64,000 nt of DNA from Candidatus Marinacidobacterium sp. (GTDB lineage Bacteria > Acidobacteriota > Vicinamibacteria > Marinacidobacterales > Marinacidobacteraceae): the NCBI GenBank assembly GCA_965220965.1, contig OZ244852.1, positions 224,001-288,000 on the forward strand. Direction: 5' to 3'. Below, piece by piece: positions 9,800-19,847 of this stretch; the stretch's first letter is position 1; every line of letters starts with the position of its first letter. Under the pieces are notes generated by a model that worked only from the letters and a program-made list of their open reading frames with translations, searched no databases and had not been told where the DNA came from. A program made the translations under genes and the position numbers.

Positions 9800-11091
9800 T
9801 CCGCCTTCCGCGCGGCCCCGTCGCCGTCGGCCTGCTCCTCGTTGGCTTCGGCGCCTCCGGTCCGGGGGCTTTCGCCCAGGAGATCCTCGTCCCCGACCCG
9901 CCCACGGCGGGCATGGAGGCGGCGGTCGCCGAGGCGATCGCCGAAGCGCGCCGGCGGGTGGAAGCCGAGCCCGGGGCCGCGGCCGCGTGGGGCGCGCTGG
10001 GAAGGACGTTCCACGCACACGGCCTCGAGGAGGAGGCGGCGGCGAGCTACGAGCGGGCCGAGGCGCTCGCCCCCGCGGATTTCCGCTGGCCCTATCTCCT
10101 CGGCGCCGCGCTGAAGCACATCCGGCCCGGGGAAGCGCTCGCCGCCGCGCGGCGCGCCGCGGGGCGCGACCCGACGTACGCCCCGGCCCACCTGCTGGCG
10201 GCGGAGCTCCTGGAACGCGCCGGTGACGCTTCAGGAGCCATGGCGGCCTGGCGGGCGGCGCTCGCCGCGGCGCCGGAGACGCCGCTCGCGGAGCTTGGGC
10301 TCGGACGGCTGCTGCTCGGAGCGGGCGATCCGGAGGCGGCTTCCCAACACCTGACGCGCGCCGCCGGGCTCGCGCCCCGGGCGCGGCCGGTGCAGGTCGC
10401 GCTGGCCCGGCTCCACCGCCTCCGCGGCGATGGGGCCCGCGCGCGGGAGGTCTCGGAAGCCGCCGCGGCTCTCCCCGCGGCGGTCCCGGTGGAGGATCCG
10501 CTCCTCCTCGAGGTGTGGGACGCGGCGGTGTCGGCGTGGGGGGTCGAGCAGCGGGCTCTGCGCGCCGAGCAGGCCGGTGACCTCGAGGCCGCCGAGATGC
10601 TCTACGAACGTCTCGTGGAGCAGCGCCCCGGCGCTGCGAACCTCCTCTTCAACTTCGGCAACCTCCTGCTTCGGGCGCGCCGTCTCGAATCCGCGGTCGG
10701 GCGCTATCAGGAGGCGCTCGAAGCCGACCCGGATCATGTCCCGGCGCGGGTGAACCTGGGCGGCGCCCTGCTCCTCCTCGGGAGGCGCGACGAGGCGGTG
10801 GCGCAGCTCGAAGCCGCGCTCGAGCGGGATCCGGACGACGTCGACAGCCACCGGACGCTCGGCGGACTGTTCGCCTACCGGGGCGATCACGAGCGAGCGA
10901 TCCGGCACTTCCGCTCCGCCCTGGCGGGCGACCCGGGCCAGGGAGAAGTCCACCGCGACCTCGCCATCGTGCTGGCCGCCGAGGGGCGGTTCGAAGCCGC
11001 CTGGGAGCACGTGGGGCGGGCGGAGGCGCTGGGGGCGCCTCCGTCGCGGGCGTTCCTCCTCGAGCTTCAGGCGGCCCATCCCCGTCGGTGA
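9796..11091 (+). CDS. Tetratricopeptide repeat protein, exported; start uncertain
   Basis: Multiple TPR repeats (AWGALG...A...Y..A...P); signal-like N-terminus. Confidence 0.8.
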   Translation: MIRLPRGPVAVGLLLVGFGASGPGAFAQEILVPDPPTAGMEAAVAEAIAEARRRVEAEPGAAAAWGALGRTFHAHGLEEEAAASYERAEALAPADFRWPYLLGAALKHIRPGEALAAARRAAGRDPTYAPAHLLAAELLERAGDASGAMAAWRAALAAAPETPLAELGLGRLLLGAGDPEAASQHLTRAAGLAPRARPVQVALARLHRLRGDGARAREVSEAAAALPAAVPVEDPLLLEVWDAAVSAWGVEQRALRAEQAGDLEAAEMLYERLVEQRPGAANLLFNFGNLLLRARRLESAVGRYQEALEADPDHVPARVNLGGALLLLGRRDEAVAQLEAALERDPDDVDSHRTLGGLFAYRGDHERAIRHFRSALAGDPGQGEVHRDLAIVLAAEGRFEAAWEHVGRAEALGAPPSRAFLLELQAAHPRR

Positions 11092-11359
11092 GCCGGGCGC
11101 CCAGGCCCGATTGACGCGCTCCCCGGAAGGGTGATTGCCTCGGGTTCTCCCTGATCGCGTTTGCGCGCCGGCGCGTGGATCTGCTATTCCCTCACGGCAG
11201 GGAGACGGAGTTTGGAAGGGCTGCGCCTCCCGTCCGTTTCATGCGTTTCCGGAGTAGACCGCGGGGTGTCGCGGCCGCCGTGCGCGACGGGAGTCGACGC
11301 AGCGGTTCGCGGCGCCAGCGAGTTCTCCGGGCTTCAAGGCACTCGTGCGGGGGTTTGCC

Positions 11360-14242
11360 ATGCGTCTCTTCTCTCTTCTCATAGCCGGGCTTCTGCTGAC
11401 GCCAGCCGCGTTGGCCCAGGAGCAGACCGGCGCGCTCCAGGGTCGGGTCACCGACGCGTCCGCCGGCGTCCTGCCGGGCGTCACGGTCACGATCTCGGGA
11501 CCCTCGATTCTCGGGGGCGCCCGGTCCGCGGTCACCGCCGGAGGCGGCGCCTACCGGCTCGCCAACGTGCCGCCCGGGGTCTACCGCGTCTCCTTTGCGC
11601 TCAGCGGGTTCGGCGAGCGGATCTTCGAGGGGGTCCGCGTCTCGGCGGACACGACCTTCACGCTGAATGCGGAACTCGACGTGGCCGGGATCGAGGAAAC
11701 GGTCACCGTCGTCGGCGAGGCGCCGGTCATCGAAACGCAGGCGACCGATGTGGCCTTCAACTTCACCGACGAGGTCATGGAGAACGTTCCGAACGCCCGC
11801 GATCCGTGGGCGATGATCTCCCAGGTCCCCGGCGTCACGACGAACCGGATCAACGTCGGCGGGACCGAGACCGGTAACCAGCTCGCCTTCCGGGGCCACG
11901 GCGTCTTCCCCGGGCAGAACATCTATGTCCTGAACGGCGCGAACGTGACGGACAACCAGAGCAACGGCGGCTCCCAGTTCTACTTCGATGTGGACTCCTT
12001 CGAGGAGATGCAGGTGGAGGTCAGCTCCCACAGCGCGGAGGTCCAGACCCCGGGCATGGTGATGAACATCGTGCCCAAGTCGGGCTCGAACGACTTCGGC
12101 GGCACGACAAGCGTCTACTTCGGGAACGAGGGCATGCAGTCCGACAACGTGGACGACGGCCTGCGGTCGCTGGGAGTGGACCGGGCCAGCAACCTGAACC
12201 AGTACCTCGACGCCGGATTCGAGTTCGGTGGTCCGCTCGTCCGGGACCGGGTGTGGTGGTGGGGCGGCTACCGCCACCAGGTGGTCCAGAAGTTCGTTAC
12301 CGGGACCCAGTTGCCCGACGGCAGCTTCCCGATCGACGAAACCGTCCTCTGGTACCCCTCGGCCAAGCTGAACTGGGCGATCAACCAGAACCACAACTTC
12401 TCGTTCTACTTCAACATGGCGCAGAAGAAGCGGTTCAACCGCGCCCTCAGTTCGCTGCGGCCGCTGGAGACCACCTGGAACCAGCAGGGGGCGCCGGTCG
12501 CCCGCCTGTTCACGTTCCGCGACGACTGGACCCCGAGCCCGGATGTTCTGGTCGCCTTCAAGGCGAACATCATGGACCAGGGGTTTGAACTCCGCGCCCA
12601 GCCGGAAGTGGATGTCGAAAACACCCCGGCGCGGCTCGATCTCGCCACCAGACAGTGGGCGGGCGCTCCGCCGAACGAACTCGGCGTTCACAAGAACCTG
12701 CGCAACGTGGCGACGACGCTGTCGTGGTACCGGAGCGACTGGGGCGGGGATCACGACTTCAAATTCGGCTTCGAGGTGGGCCAGATCCGCGCCTTCGGGA
12801 ACCAGGGCGGGGGAGTGGCGCGGAACACCTACCCCGCGGACCATCGACTCCACTTCTTCGACGGGGAGCCATCCGAGGTCATCCTGTGGGCTTCGGGGGC
12901 GGTGGCCGCCACCGGTCCCCAGCGGTCCGCCTTCGCCCAGGACTCGTGGGCGGTCAACAACCGGCTCCGTCTGAACCTGGGGATGCGGTGGGACTGGCAG
13001 GCGAACGCGCTGGATGAGGTGACCGCTCCGGCCAGCCGCTACCTCGACCCGGTGTCCCAGGCGGGGACCGGGAACCTGATCGTCTGGAACACACTCTCGC
13101 CGCGCCTCGGCATGGTTTTCGACGTGACCGGAGATGCGCGCACGCTGCTGAAGTCGAGCTACGGCCGCTACCACTGGGTCCTGTGGCTGGACCGGGTGCA
13201 GCAGGCCAGCGTCGCCGGCGACCGGAACCGGAAGCACGTCTGGAACGACCTCAACGGCGACCGGAACTTCACCGTGGACGAGCTGGGTCCGGTCCTCAGC
13301 GTGTTCGACGCGGGAGCGAACCCGGTCACGATCGATCCGGACCTGGCCCCCTCCTACACCGACGAGCTGACCGTCGGATTCACCCGCGAAGTCGCGGCGA
13401 ATGTCTCGGCGAGCGCCACCGCGATGTGGCGAAGAGACCGGGACATCACCTGGCTCATGCGGCCCGACATCTCGCCGGCGGACTACACCGCGGTGACGGG
13501 CGCGGATCCCGGCCCCGACGGCGTGCTCGGCTCCGCCGATGATGGCGGCGCGATCACCTTCTACGAGCTCGACGCCGGGAAGACCGGTCTCTCACCCAAC
13601 TTCGTGACGACCCGCGAGGGCTTCGAGCACGAGTACCGCGGCGTCGAGTTCACGCTTCATCGCCGCCTCGCGGCGAACTGGCAGTTCATGGGTTCGGTGA
13701 CGCTCGGGGAGCAGATCGAGAACTACGGAGCGGGCTCTTACCAGAACCCCGACCGCACGATCCCGAACACCAGCGGCGGGCTGGGCAACGAACCGCAGTT
13801 CCCGATCAACAACCCCGAGTTCGTGGACGGGACCCGGATCGCCAACTCGACTCCGGTGCTGGTGAAGCTGCTCGGAACCTACCAGGCCGATTTCGGCCTG
13901 ACGCTGAGCGGCTTCTACCAGTACATCAGCGGGAACAACTTCACGCGGACGGTGAACGCGATCTCGGCGCTCGGACGCAGCCTGAACCAGGGGAATGTCC
14001 GGGCCTTCGCTGGCGAGCGCAACGCCGCGAGCTACGACGCGGCGAACGTGCTGGACCTGCGCGCCGGCTACGACCTGTCGCTCGGAGATCTCGGGATGCT
14101 GGCCATCCAGCTCGACATCTTCAACGCCCTGAACATCAACACCGTCACGAACACCCAGACGCTCGCGGGTGGCGCGTTCGGGCGGGTGCTCGGTTTCGTC
14201 CCGCCGCGCATCTTCCGCATCGGGGGCAAGCTCCGCTTCTGA
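11360..14242 (+). CDS. TonB-dependent receptor with N-terminal carboxypeptidase-regulatory-like domain
   Basis: GRVTDASAGVLPGVTVT, ETVTV box, C-terminal RIGGKLRF beta-signal. Confidence 0.9.
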   Translation: MRLFSLLIAGLLLTPAALAQEQTGALQGRVTDASAGVLPGVTVTISGPSILGGARSAVTAGGGAYRLANVPPGVYRVSFALSGFGERIFEGVRVSADTTFTLNAELDVAGIEETVTVVGEAPVIETQATDVAFNFTDEVMENVPNARDPWAMISQVPGVTTNRINVGGTETGNQLAFRGHGVFPGQNIYVLNGANVTDNQSNGGSQFYFDVDSFEEMQVEVSSHSAEVQTPGMVMNIVPKSGSNDFGGTTSVYFGNEGMQSDNVDDGLRSLGVDRASNLNQYLDAGFEFGGPLVRDRVWWWGGYRHQVVQKFVTGTQLPDGSFPIDETVLWYPSAKLNWAINQNHNFSFYFNMAQKKRFNRALSSLRPLETTWNQQGAPVARLFTFRDDWTPSPDVLVAFKANIMDQGFELRAQPEVDVENTPARLDLATRQWAGAPPNELGVHKNLRNVATTLSWYRSDWGGDHDFKFGFEVGQIRAFGNQGGGVARNTYPADHRLHFFDGEPSEVILWASGAVAATGPQRSAFAQDSWAVNNRLRLNLGMRWDWQANALDEVTAPASRYLDPVSQAGTGNLIVWNTLSPRLGMVFDVTGDARTLLKSSYGRYHWVLWLDRVQQASVAGDRNRKHVWNDLNGDRNFTVDELGPVLSVFDAGANPVTIDPDLAPSYTDELTVGFTREVAANVSASATAMWRRDRDITWLMRPDISPADYTAVTGADPGPDGVLGSADDGGAITFYELDAGKTGLSPNFVTTREGFEHEYRGVEFTLHRRLAANWQFMGSVTLGEQIENYGAGSYQNPDRTIPNTSGGLGNEPQFPINNPEFVDGTRIANSTPVLVKLLGTYQADFGLTLSGFYQYISGNNFTRTVNAISALGRSLNQGNVRAFAGERNAASYDAANVLDLRAGYDLSLGDLGMLAIQLDIFNALNINTVTNTQTLAGGAFGRVLGFVPPRIFRIGGKLRF

Positions 14243-14251
14243 TCCGCCGCC

Positions 14252-14279
14252 GGCCGCCGCCGGCTCTCCCGGCGGCGGC
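14252..14279 (+). terminator. Hairpin immediately after TonB receptor gene
   Basis: gccgccgccgg-ctctc-ccggcggcggc inverted repeat. Confidence 0.55.
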
Positions 14280-14339
14280 TGGCGCCTGAGCGATGGCGAC
14301 GCCGCTCGCCGCCCGGTCTCCGGGGGCTATGGTTGCCGC

Positions 14340-15905
14340 ATGAGCGGCTGGGGGTTCTACGGACGCAGCAGGGAGCTGGGAGTTCTCGTTGAACGAATGC
14401 GCGATCCTCGCTGGAGCTTTGGAACCATCGAGGGGCGGCGGCGCATCGGGAAGACGAAGCTGGTCCAGCGAGCCTTCGAGATCCTCGCAGCCGAACATCC
14501 GGACGCGAAGACGCCCCTGCTCGTGCGTCTGGCGGGCGACTCCCCGCAAAGCCTGGCGCACCGGTTCCGGGCGGACGCCGCGCTCCTGGGACACGGCGGT
14601 CTTCTCCCGGAGTCTCCGCCCCCCTATGAGCCGGCGGGCCTCGCCCGCGACATCGGGCGGCTATGCGAGAGGGGCATCGTGGTCGTCCTCGACGAGTTCC
14701 AGGAGTGCGACCGTGAGCCGCTCGACGCGCTGCCCTCGCTGCTTCAAGAGGAAGTGGACCGTCTGCACGAAGCTGGCGCTCCGGGAACGCTCCTGCTCCT
14801 CGGGTCGATGCAGTCCAGGATGGCCCGGCTCCTTCGGGACGCCAGAGAGCCGCTCTACGGACGAACGACCTTTCGGAGCATTCGTCTCGATCCCTGGAGC
14901 CTTCGAACCGTCTTTGAGGTGTGCGGCGACCTGGGCGTCACGGACCCCGGATGCCTGTTGACGCTCTGGACCCTCTTTGGTGGAGTCCCGAAGTACTGGC
15001 GGCACTGCTGGGAGGCGGAGCTCGGTGCGCGGGGCGATGGTTGGTCTTCCTGGGCGCAGGACGTGTGCTGGACTCTCTTCTTGTCGACCAGTGCGCCGCT
15101 GGGGGAGGAAGGGGATGTTCTTCTGGGTCCGGAGATCCGGCCGGAGGCGCGCGCGGTTCTGCAGGCCGTGGCCTACAGCGGGCCGCTCTCCGCGGACCGG
15201 GTGGCCGCGGCCGTTCCCGGCCTCGCCGATCCGAAGCGCGAACTCCGCACACTTTCGGAGGGACTCGGCCTTGTCCGGGAGGAGACTCCGTTTGGCGCCG
15301 GAGCGGGTTCGGGCCGGAGTCGCTTCGTGGTGGCGGACCCCTTTCTGCGCGCCTGGCTCAGGGTGCTGCGGCCGGCGCGCGACGCGGCGAGATTTCGCAC
15401 GGACGAGGTGGTCCGGGAGGCCCTCGTCCGGCGACTGGAAACCCTGGAGGGCCATGCTTTCGAAGACATGATCCACCGCGCGATCGTCGAGGCCTCACGC
15501 GCCGGCGCAGACTTTCCGGTCTCCGCCGCACCCCTCCGATACGAACGGAGGTCCCGTCCCGGCCGGCGCGGTGTCGAGATCGATGTGATCGCCTGGGAGG
15601 ACGAGGGTCGGCAGGTGTTGTTCGGGTCCTGCAAGCGGAGCGCCCGCGATCACGACGAGGAGTCTCTCAAAGGGTTCGGCGACGCCATCGAGACGTTCCT
15701 GAAGGCGGAGGGAGACCGGTTCCGGGCTTGGGGTCAGGAGAAGGTCCTGTTCAGCCCACACTTCTCCCGGACGGCGAGAACCCGGCTCGAAGGTCAGGGA
15801 TTCGTCTGCCGCGATCTCGAGGACTACCGGGGCTTCCTTTCGGATACATCGAACGGAGACCTGGGGCCGCCCTTTCCCGCTCCTTTGACTCCCCCCGCCC
15901 CGTGA
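14340..15905 (+). CDS. Archaeal-type AAA+ ATPase with wHTH and C-terminal DUF234-like PD-(D/E)xK domain
   Basis: FYGRSREL, Walker A GRRRIGKT, Walker B VVLDEFQ, GGVPKY, VEIDVIA...GSCK. Confidence 0.85.
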   Translation: MSGWGFYGRSRELGVLVERMRDPRWSFGTIEGRRRIGKTKLVQRAFEILAAEHPDAKTPLLVRLAGDSPQSLAHRFRADAALLGHGGLLPESPPPYEPAGLARDIGRLCERGIVVVLDEFQECDREPLDALPSLLQEEVDRLHEAGAPGTLLLLGSMQSRMARLLRDAREPLYGRTTFRSIRLDPWSLRTVFEVCGDLGVTDPGCLLTLWTLFGGVPKYWRHCWEAELGARGDGWSSWAQDVCWTLFLSTSAPLGEEGDVLLGPEIRPEARAVLQAVAYSGPLSADRVAAAVPGLADPKRELRTLSEGLGLVREETPFGAGAGSGRSRFVVADPFLRAWLRVLRPARDAARFRTDEVVREALVRRLETLEGHAFEDMIHRAIVEASRAGADFPVSAAPLRYERRSRPGRRGVEIDVIAWEDEGRQVLFGSCKRSARDHDEESLKGFGDAIETFLKAEGDRFRAWGQEKVLFSPHFSRTARTRLEGQGFVCRDLEDYRGFLSDTSNGDLGPPFPAPLTPPAP

Positions 15906-16744
15906 TGCGGGTGAGCAGCCCGGACGGGCGGATCGTCGTCCTGAACGGGAACTGGGGCGATACGACGCTGGGCGCCATCGTCGATGTCCTGGAGTCGGCG
16001 TACCGGATCATGACGGAAGCGGTCGGCGCCGAACCCGAGGCCCCCATCCATGTGTCTCACTGGACGCAGAACCCGCTTACCGTATCCGGGCGCCGGCCCT
16101 ACGAGGTCCTGTTGAGCGCGCGGTCACGGTACTGGTCCCAGTACGTCTTCCAGTTCGGCTACGCGCTCTGCCGGATCCTCACGCACCACGACCGCTACGC
16201 CGGGCGCCGCCACCGATGGTTCGAGGGGAGCATCGGCCAGCTCGCCTCGCTGTTTACGCTGCATGAGGTCGCGTCCCGGTGGCGCGACGACCCGCCCCCG
16301 CGAGTACCGGGCGCCCGTGACTTCGCGCCCCGTCACGGAACGTATCTGGACCGCCTGCGGGGGCAGATTCGTGAGTCCAACCCGAGCGGCCTCCCGGACT
16401 GGTTTCGGGAGAACCGCTCCGCGCTCGAGTCTGACGGACAACGCCACCCTCGCGAGGCCGTGATTGCGGAGGGACTGCTCGATTCCTTCCTCGACGAGCC
16501 GCGCCTGTGGCGCGAGGTCGCCCTGCTGAACGAGTGGGATCCGGGACAGGACGACGACTTCGCGGCCTACCTGGAGTCCTGGAAGCGCTGCGCGGCTTCC
16601 GCCGGGCGCCCGGGCCGGGCCGCGGCTGTCGTGGAGAGGGTTCTCGGTTTGGGTTCCCCGGAGGCTACGAACCGGAACCCGACGGGTCGATCAGGAAGAG
16701 CTCCGTCTGGGGCGGGAGGAGCCACTGGAGGCCCTCCTCGGTGA
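15905..16744 (+). CDS. Hypothetical protein, degenerate zincin-like
   Basis: TGATG coupling to upstream ATPase; YVFQFGYALCRIL and WFEGS resemble QFAHELCH/WFEE-type zincins. Confidence 0.6.
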   Translation: MRVSSPDGRIVVLNGNWGDTTLGAIVDVLESAYRIMTEAVGAEPEAPIHVSHWTQNPLTVSGRRPYEVLLSARSRYWSQYVFQFGYALCRILTHHDRYAGRRHRWFEGSIGQLASLFTLHEVASRWRDDPPPRVPGARDFAPRHGTYLDRLRGQIRESNPSGLPDWFRENRSALESDGQRHPREAVIAEGLLDSFLDEPRLWREVALLNEWDPGQDDDFAAYLESWKRCAASAGRPGRAAAVVERVLGLGSPEATNRNPTGRSGRAPSGAGGATGGPPR

Positions 16745-18095
16745 TCTGGCCGGCCTCCTCGAAGCGCGCATACCAGGTCTTGCCGTCCCATTCGGGAACC
16801 GGGATGCTCACGTGAAACTCGATCGCGACCCACTCGCTCGCCTGAAGCGGGAACCGCACGCGGTCGCCGTAGGCGAAGGGAATGTCCGCCGCGATGCGGG
16901 CGCCGATGTCGTGGGCCACGTTCCCTACCGAGTGCCCGTAGACGCCGACTTCCGGCTCGGTCGTCGTGACCGCGTCGCCTCCGGCGTCGGGACCCGTCGC
17001 GCGGTAGCCCCGCGATTCCATCTCGGTGTTGATGGCCGACCAGGTCTCGGAGCCGATCGCTCCCGGAACCATGAGGCTCGCGTAGTAGTCGCCGATCTCG
17101 TGCGTCGTCCGCCAGACCTCCTGGAGGCTCGGGGGCAGTTCGGTCTCGCCCGGCTTCAGGATGTAGGCGGTGCGCTTGATGTCGATCGCATAGTGGAGGA
17201 AGTGAAGTCCCCCGTCGATCCCGACGATGTCCCCCGGTTCGAGTGGGATGTCCGGGTCGTGGATGGGGAGCAGCTCGCCCTCCCGCACGACGCGCACCGT
17301 GCCCCAGCCTGTCAGCCCGAGCTCCAGCGCCCGGTCCTGGATCCACCAGGCGACATCCTCGGCGGTCGTGACGCCGGTGGTGACGTTCTCCGTCGAGAGC
17401 GCTTCCTCCATCCAGCGGGCGGACCACTCCAGCAGGTCCGCGTAGATCGCGGTTTCGGCCGGCGTCCGGTGGAGCCGGAAGTCCCGCACCAGAAGCTCGG
17501 CTGACACGATCCGGCTCGCGTAGTCCGGGCCGATCGCGTCTTCGAGGAAACGGCTCAGGCCCACGGTGAGCCCGTCGGCCTCCGGCAGGGTGTGCGAGGT
17601 GTTCACCCCGATCCTCTCCGGATCGCGGTCGTGAACCGCCTGGCGGAGGTGTGGCGTCAGCCCTTCGGGGCTGTAGCCGTAGTAGAGCTTCTCGTCGTAG
17701 ACCTGGGTGATCACCGAGTTCGCCGGCTGTTCGTGCGACCCGTAGTAGATCTTCTCCACGGTGTCCGAGCCGTCGTCATGGAAGATGAAGGCGCCGCGGA
17801 CGCCCGCGAACCCGCCGCCCAGTTCGACATGGAGCGGCTCCTCGTTGTTCTCGCGGTCGAGGACGATCCACATGTCGATGTCGTGGTTCCGCATCGCCGG
17901 GAGGAGCGCCGCCTCGAGCTTGCCGGCGATGGCGTCGCGCTGGAGCCGGAAGCGCTCCTTCGAGTCGGGAATGCCGTAGTCCGCCGCCGTCGGTCGACCG
18001 GGAGCCTCAGGCTCCGGGACCGCGCATCCGACGAGCCCGGTCCCCAGCGCGAGGACCAGACCGGCCCGCCATTTAACTCTCTGGAACAACAACAT
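16665..18095 (-). CDS. M24 (Xaa-Pro) metallopeptidase, lipoprotein
   Basis: IDGG...DIKRT, GHSVG...HDIG, IEF, FEE metal ligands; LVGC lipobox. Confidence 0.85.
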   Translation of the reverse strand: MLLFQRVKWRAGLVLALGTGLVGCAVPEPEAPGRPTAADYGIPDSKERFRLQRDAIAGKLEAALLPAMRNHDIDMWIVLDRENNEEPLHVELGGGFAGVRGAFIFHDDGSDTVEKIYYGSHEQPANSVITQVYDEKLYYGYSPEGLTPHLRQAVHDRDPERIGVNTSHTLPEADGLTVGLSRFLEDAIGPDYASRIVSAELLVRDFRLHRTPAETAIYADLLEWSARWMEEALSTENVTTGVTTAEDVAWWIQDRALELGLTGWGTVRVVREGELLPIHDPDIPLEPGDIVGIDGGLHFLHYAIDIKRTAYILKPGETELPPSLQEVWRTTHEIGDYYASLMVPGAIGSETWSAINTEMESRGYRATGPDAGGDAVTTTEPEVGVYGHSVGNVAHDIGARIAADIPFAYGDRVRFPLQASEWVAIEFHVSIPVPEWDGKTWYARFEEAGQITEEGLQWLLPPQTELFLIDPSGSGS

Positions 18096-19153
18096 CAAGG
18101 GGTTCCTCCATCTCCGGTTTTCGAGCTTAGCAGGCTGCCGGGAACGGGCCGGCGCCTCCCGGCGCCTGGTTTCACCAGGCGCCAGGCCGCCGGGAGGAAC
18201 GGCGCGCTGAGGGCGGCGTTCAGCAGCAGGAAGGTGAGGTGGGCCGACAGGCTGTAGGCCAGGAGCGCCGCTTCGCCAGCGGGCGCCCCGAGGGTCGCGG
18301 TGGCGGAGGCCGAATGGAACCAGAGCCAGGCCGCCTGGCTGGTCCCGACCCGCGCCACCGCGATGGGGAGCGCTCCGGCGAGGAAGATGACCGGCAGGGT
18401 GGCGATCAGCGAGAGGACTCCGATGTCGAGCCCGAAGGCGCCGAGCGCGAGGTGGTGGCCGATGGCGGCGGCCAGGAAGAGCGGCGCCTTCAGGGCGAGA
18501 ACGGCGACGTAGCGGCGCCCGCTGGCCTGGCGAAGACTCCGGAGGATCCGCCAGCGGGGCGGGGAGAGTCCCGTTCCGGCGAGCCGCCCCCGGAGGAAGG
18601 CGACGAGCAGGCCGAGCCCCGCGAGCCCGAGCGCGGCGGCCACCGGAACCCGCTCGGGCGCCTGGCTTCCGAGCGCGAGCGCGCCGATGGCGGCCCACAG
18701 AAGCAGGTGCGCCCGCTGGCAGAGATCGAGGAACAGCACGGTTCCGGCGCACTCCAGATAGCCCCCTCCCGCCGGCGTCCGGGAGAACCGGCGACCCAGG
18801 GCGCCCACCATGGCGGCCTGCGAGGCGCGCCCGTTCCAGAGACTCACCAGGTAGTCGATGGCGCGAACCGCGAGCGTATCGCCGAAGCGCAGCCCGGGCG
18901 GATGGAACCACCGCAGCACCCGGTGGAGCACCGCGGCGTCGAGCAGCACATAGGCGAGCGACACCGGAAGCAGCGCCAGGAAGAACCGGGGCAGGTCGGC
19001 CCCCGCCAGCGCCTCCAGCAGCCGCTCCGGGGGAACCCGGCGGAACAGCAGCGCGAGGATGGCCGCCGCCCCGGCGAACGGCAGCGCCGGGAGGAGGAAG
19101 CGCCGGGCGAGCGAACCGCGTTCCGCCGGACCGGGCGTGGGCGCAGCAGTCAC
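18095..19153 (-). CDS. Lysylphosphatidylglycerol synthase TM (flippase-like) membrane protein
   Basis: Multiple TM helices; LPIAVARVGTSQA motif. Confidence 0.7.
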   Translation of the reverse strand: MTAAPTPGPAERGSLARRFLLPALPFAGAAAILALLFRRVPPERLLEALAGADLPRFFLALLPVSLAYVLLDAAVLHRVLRWFHPPGLRFGDTLAVRAIDYLVSLWNGRASQAAMVGALGRRFSRTPAGGGYLECAGTVLFLDLCQRAHLLLWAAIGALALGSQAPERVPVAAALGLAGLGLLVAFLRGRLAGTGLSPPRWRILRSLRQASGRRYVAVLALKAPLFLAAAIGHHLALGAFGLDIGVLSLIATLPVIFLAGALPIAVARVGTSQAAWLWFHSASATATLGAPAGEAALLAYSLSAHLTFLLLNAALSAPFLPAAWRLVKPGAGRRRPVPGSLLSSKTGDGGTP

Positions 19154-19172
19154 GAGCGGGCGGACGGCAGGG

Positions 19173-19847
19173 TCAGGAACGCACGCCGGTGATCCGCACG
19201 CCGGCGTGGCGAGCGGGCCCGCGGTTCAGCTCGAGCAGGACTCCGAGGGCGGCCTCGGCGGCGCGGGCCCCCTGGAGCGGCCCGGCGGGCAGCGCGCGCA
19301 GCCCGGTCTGGCCGCACCACCGCACCGCCTCTTCACGGTCTTCGTCCCGGTCCGCGAAGACGAGAACATCGGGCGCGTCCCCGTCCTCCGGGTCATTCGC
19401 CGGATCACCTGCCAGCACGCCGGCGGCGACCGTCTGGAACGCGGCGGCGACGCGGACGCCGGCCGCGCCCGCCTCCCGCAGGGCCCGCGCCGCGTCTTCC
19501 GCCGCCGAGGTTTCGGGGCGGGAGCCGGGGGGCCAGATCACCCCGCAGTCGATGACCAGTTTGCCTTCGAGTTCGGAGGCCAGGCCGGCGAGCAGCGCCT
19601 CCCGTCCGCGGAAGGGAACGGTGAGGAAAACCACTTCGGACGAGGCCGCGGCCTCCTGGTTCGAGCATCCCTCCAGATCCCGCCGACCGAGGGCCGCTTC
19701 CTGCCGAAGCGCCGCCGCGACCGCCGCCGCCCGTTCCGGGCTGCGCGATCCGACCCGGACCCCGACGCCGCCGACCGCCAGCCGCTTCGCCAGCGCCCGG
19801 CCGAAGGGTCCGGTGCCGCCGACAACGGCGGCGCGGAGCGGTCTCAT
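19173..19847 (-). CDS. npdG: NADPH-dependent F420 reductase
   Basis: VVGGTGPFG Rossmann motif, GSRSPERA, AAFQTVAA; adjacent to cofE. Confidence 0.8.
   Translation of the reverse strand: MRPLRAAVVGGTGPFGRALAKRLAVGGVGVRVGSRSPERAAAVAAALRQEAALGRRDLEGCSNQEAAASSEVVFLTVPFRGREALLAGLASELEGKLVIDCGVIWPPGSRPETSAAEDAARALREAGAAGVRVAAAFQTVAAGVLAGDPANDPEDGDAPDVLVFADRDEDREEAVRWCGQTGLRALPAGPLQGARAAEAALGVLLELNRGPARHAGVRITGVRS

Noticed and set aside
7816-11091. 1091-aa ORF as a single protein
   Set aside because: The N-terminal two-thirds is an Arg/Pro-rich shadow frame over the M14 gene; only the TPR part is credible.
18779-18791. Partial match (ccgggagaaccgg) to the 20-bp MITE module
   Set aside because: Short GC-rich match inside a CDS without the GCCCCTA part; likely chance.
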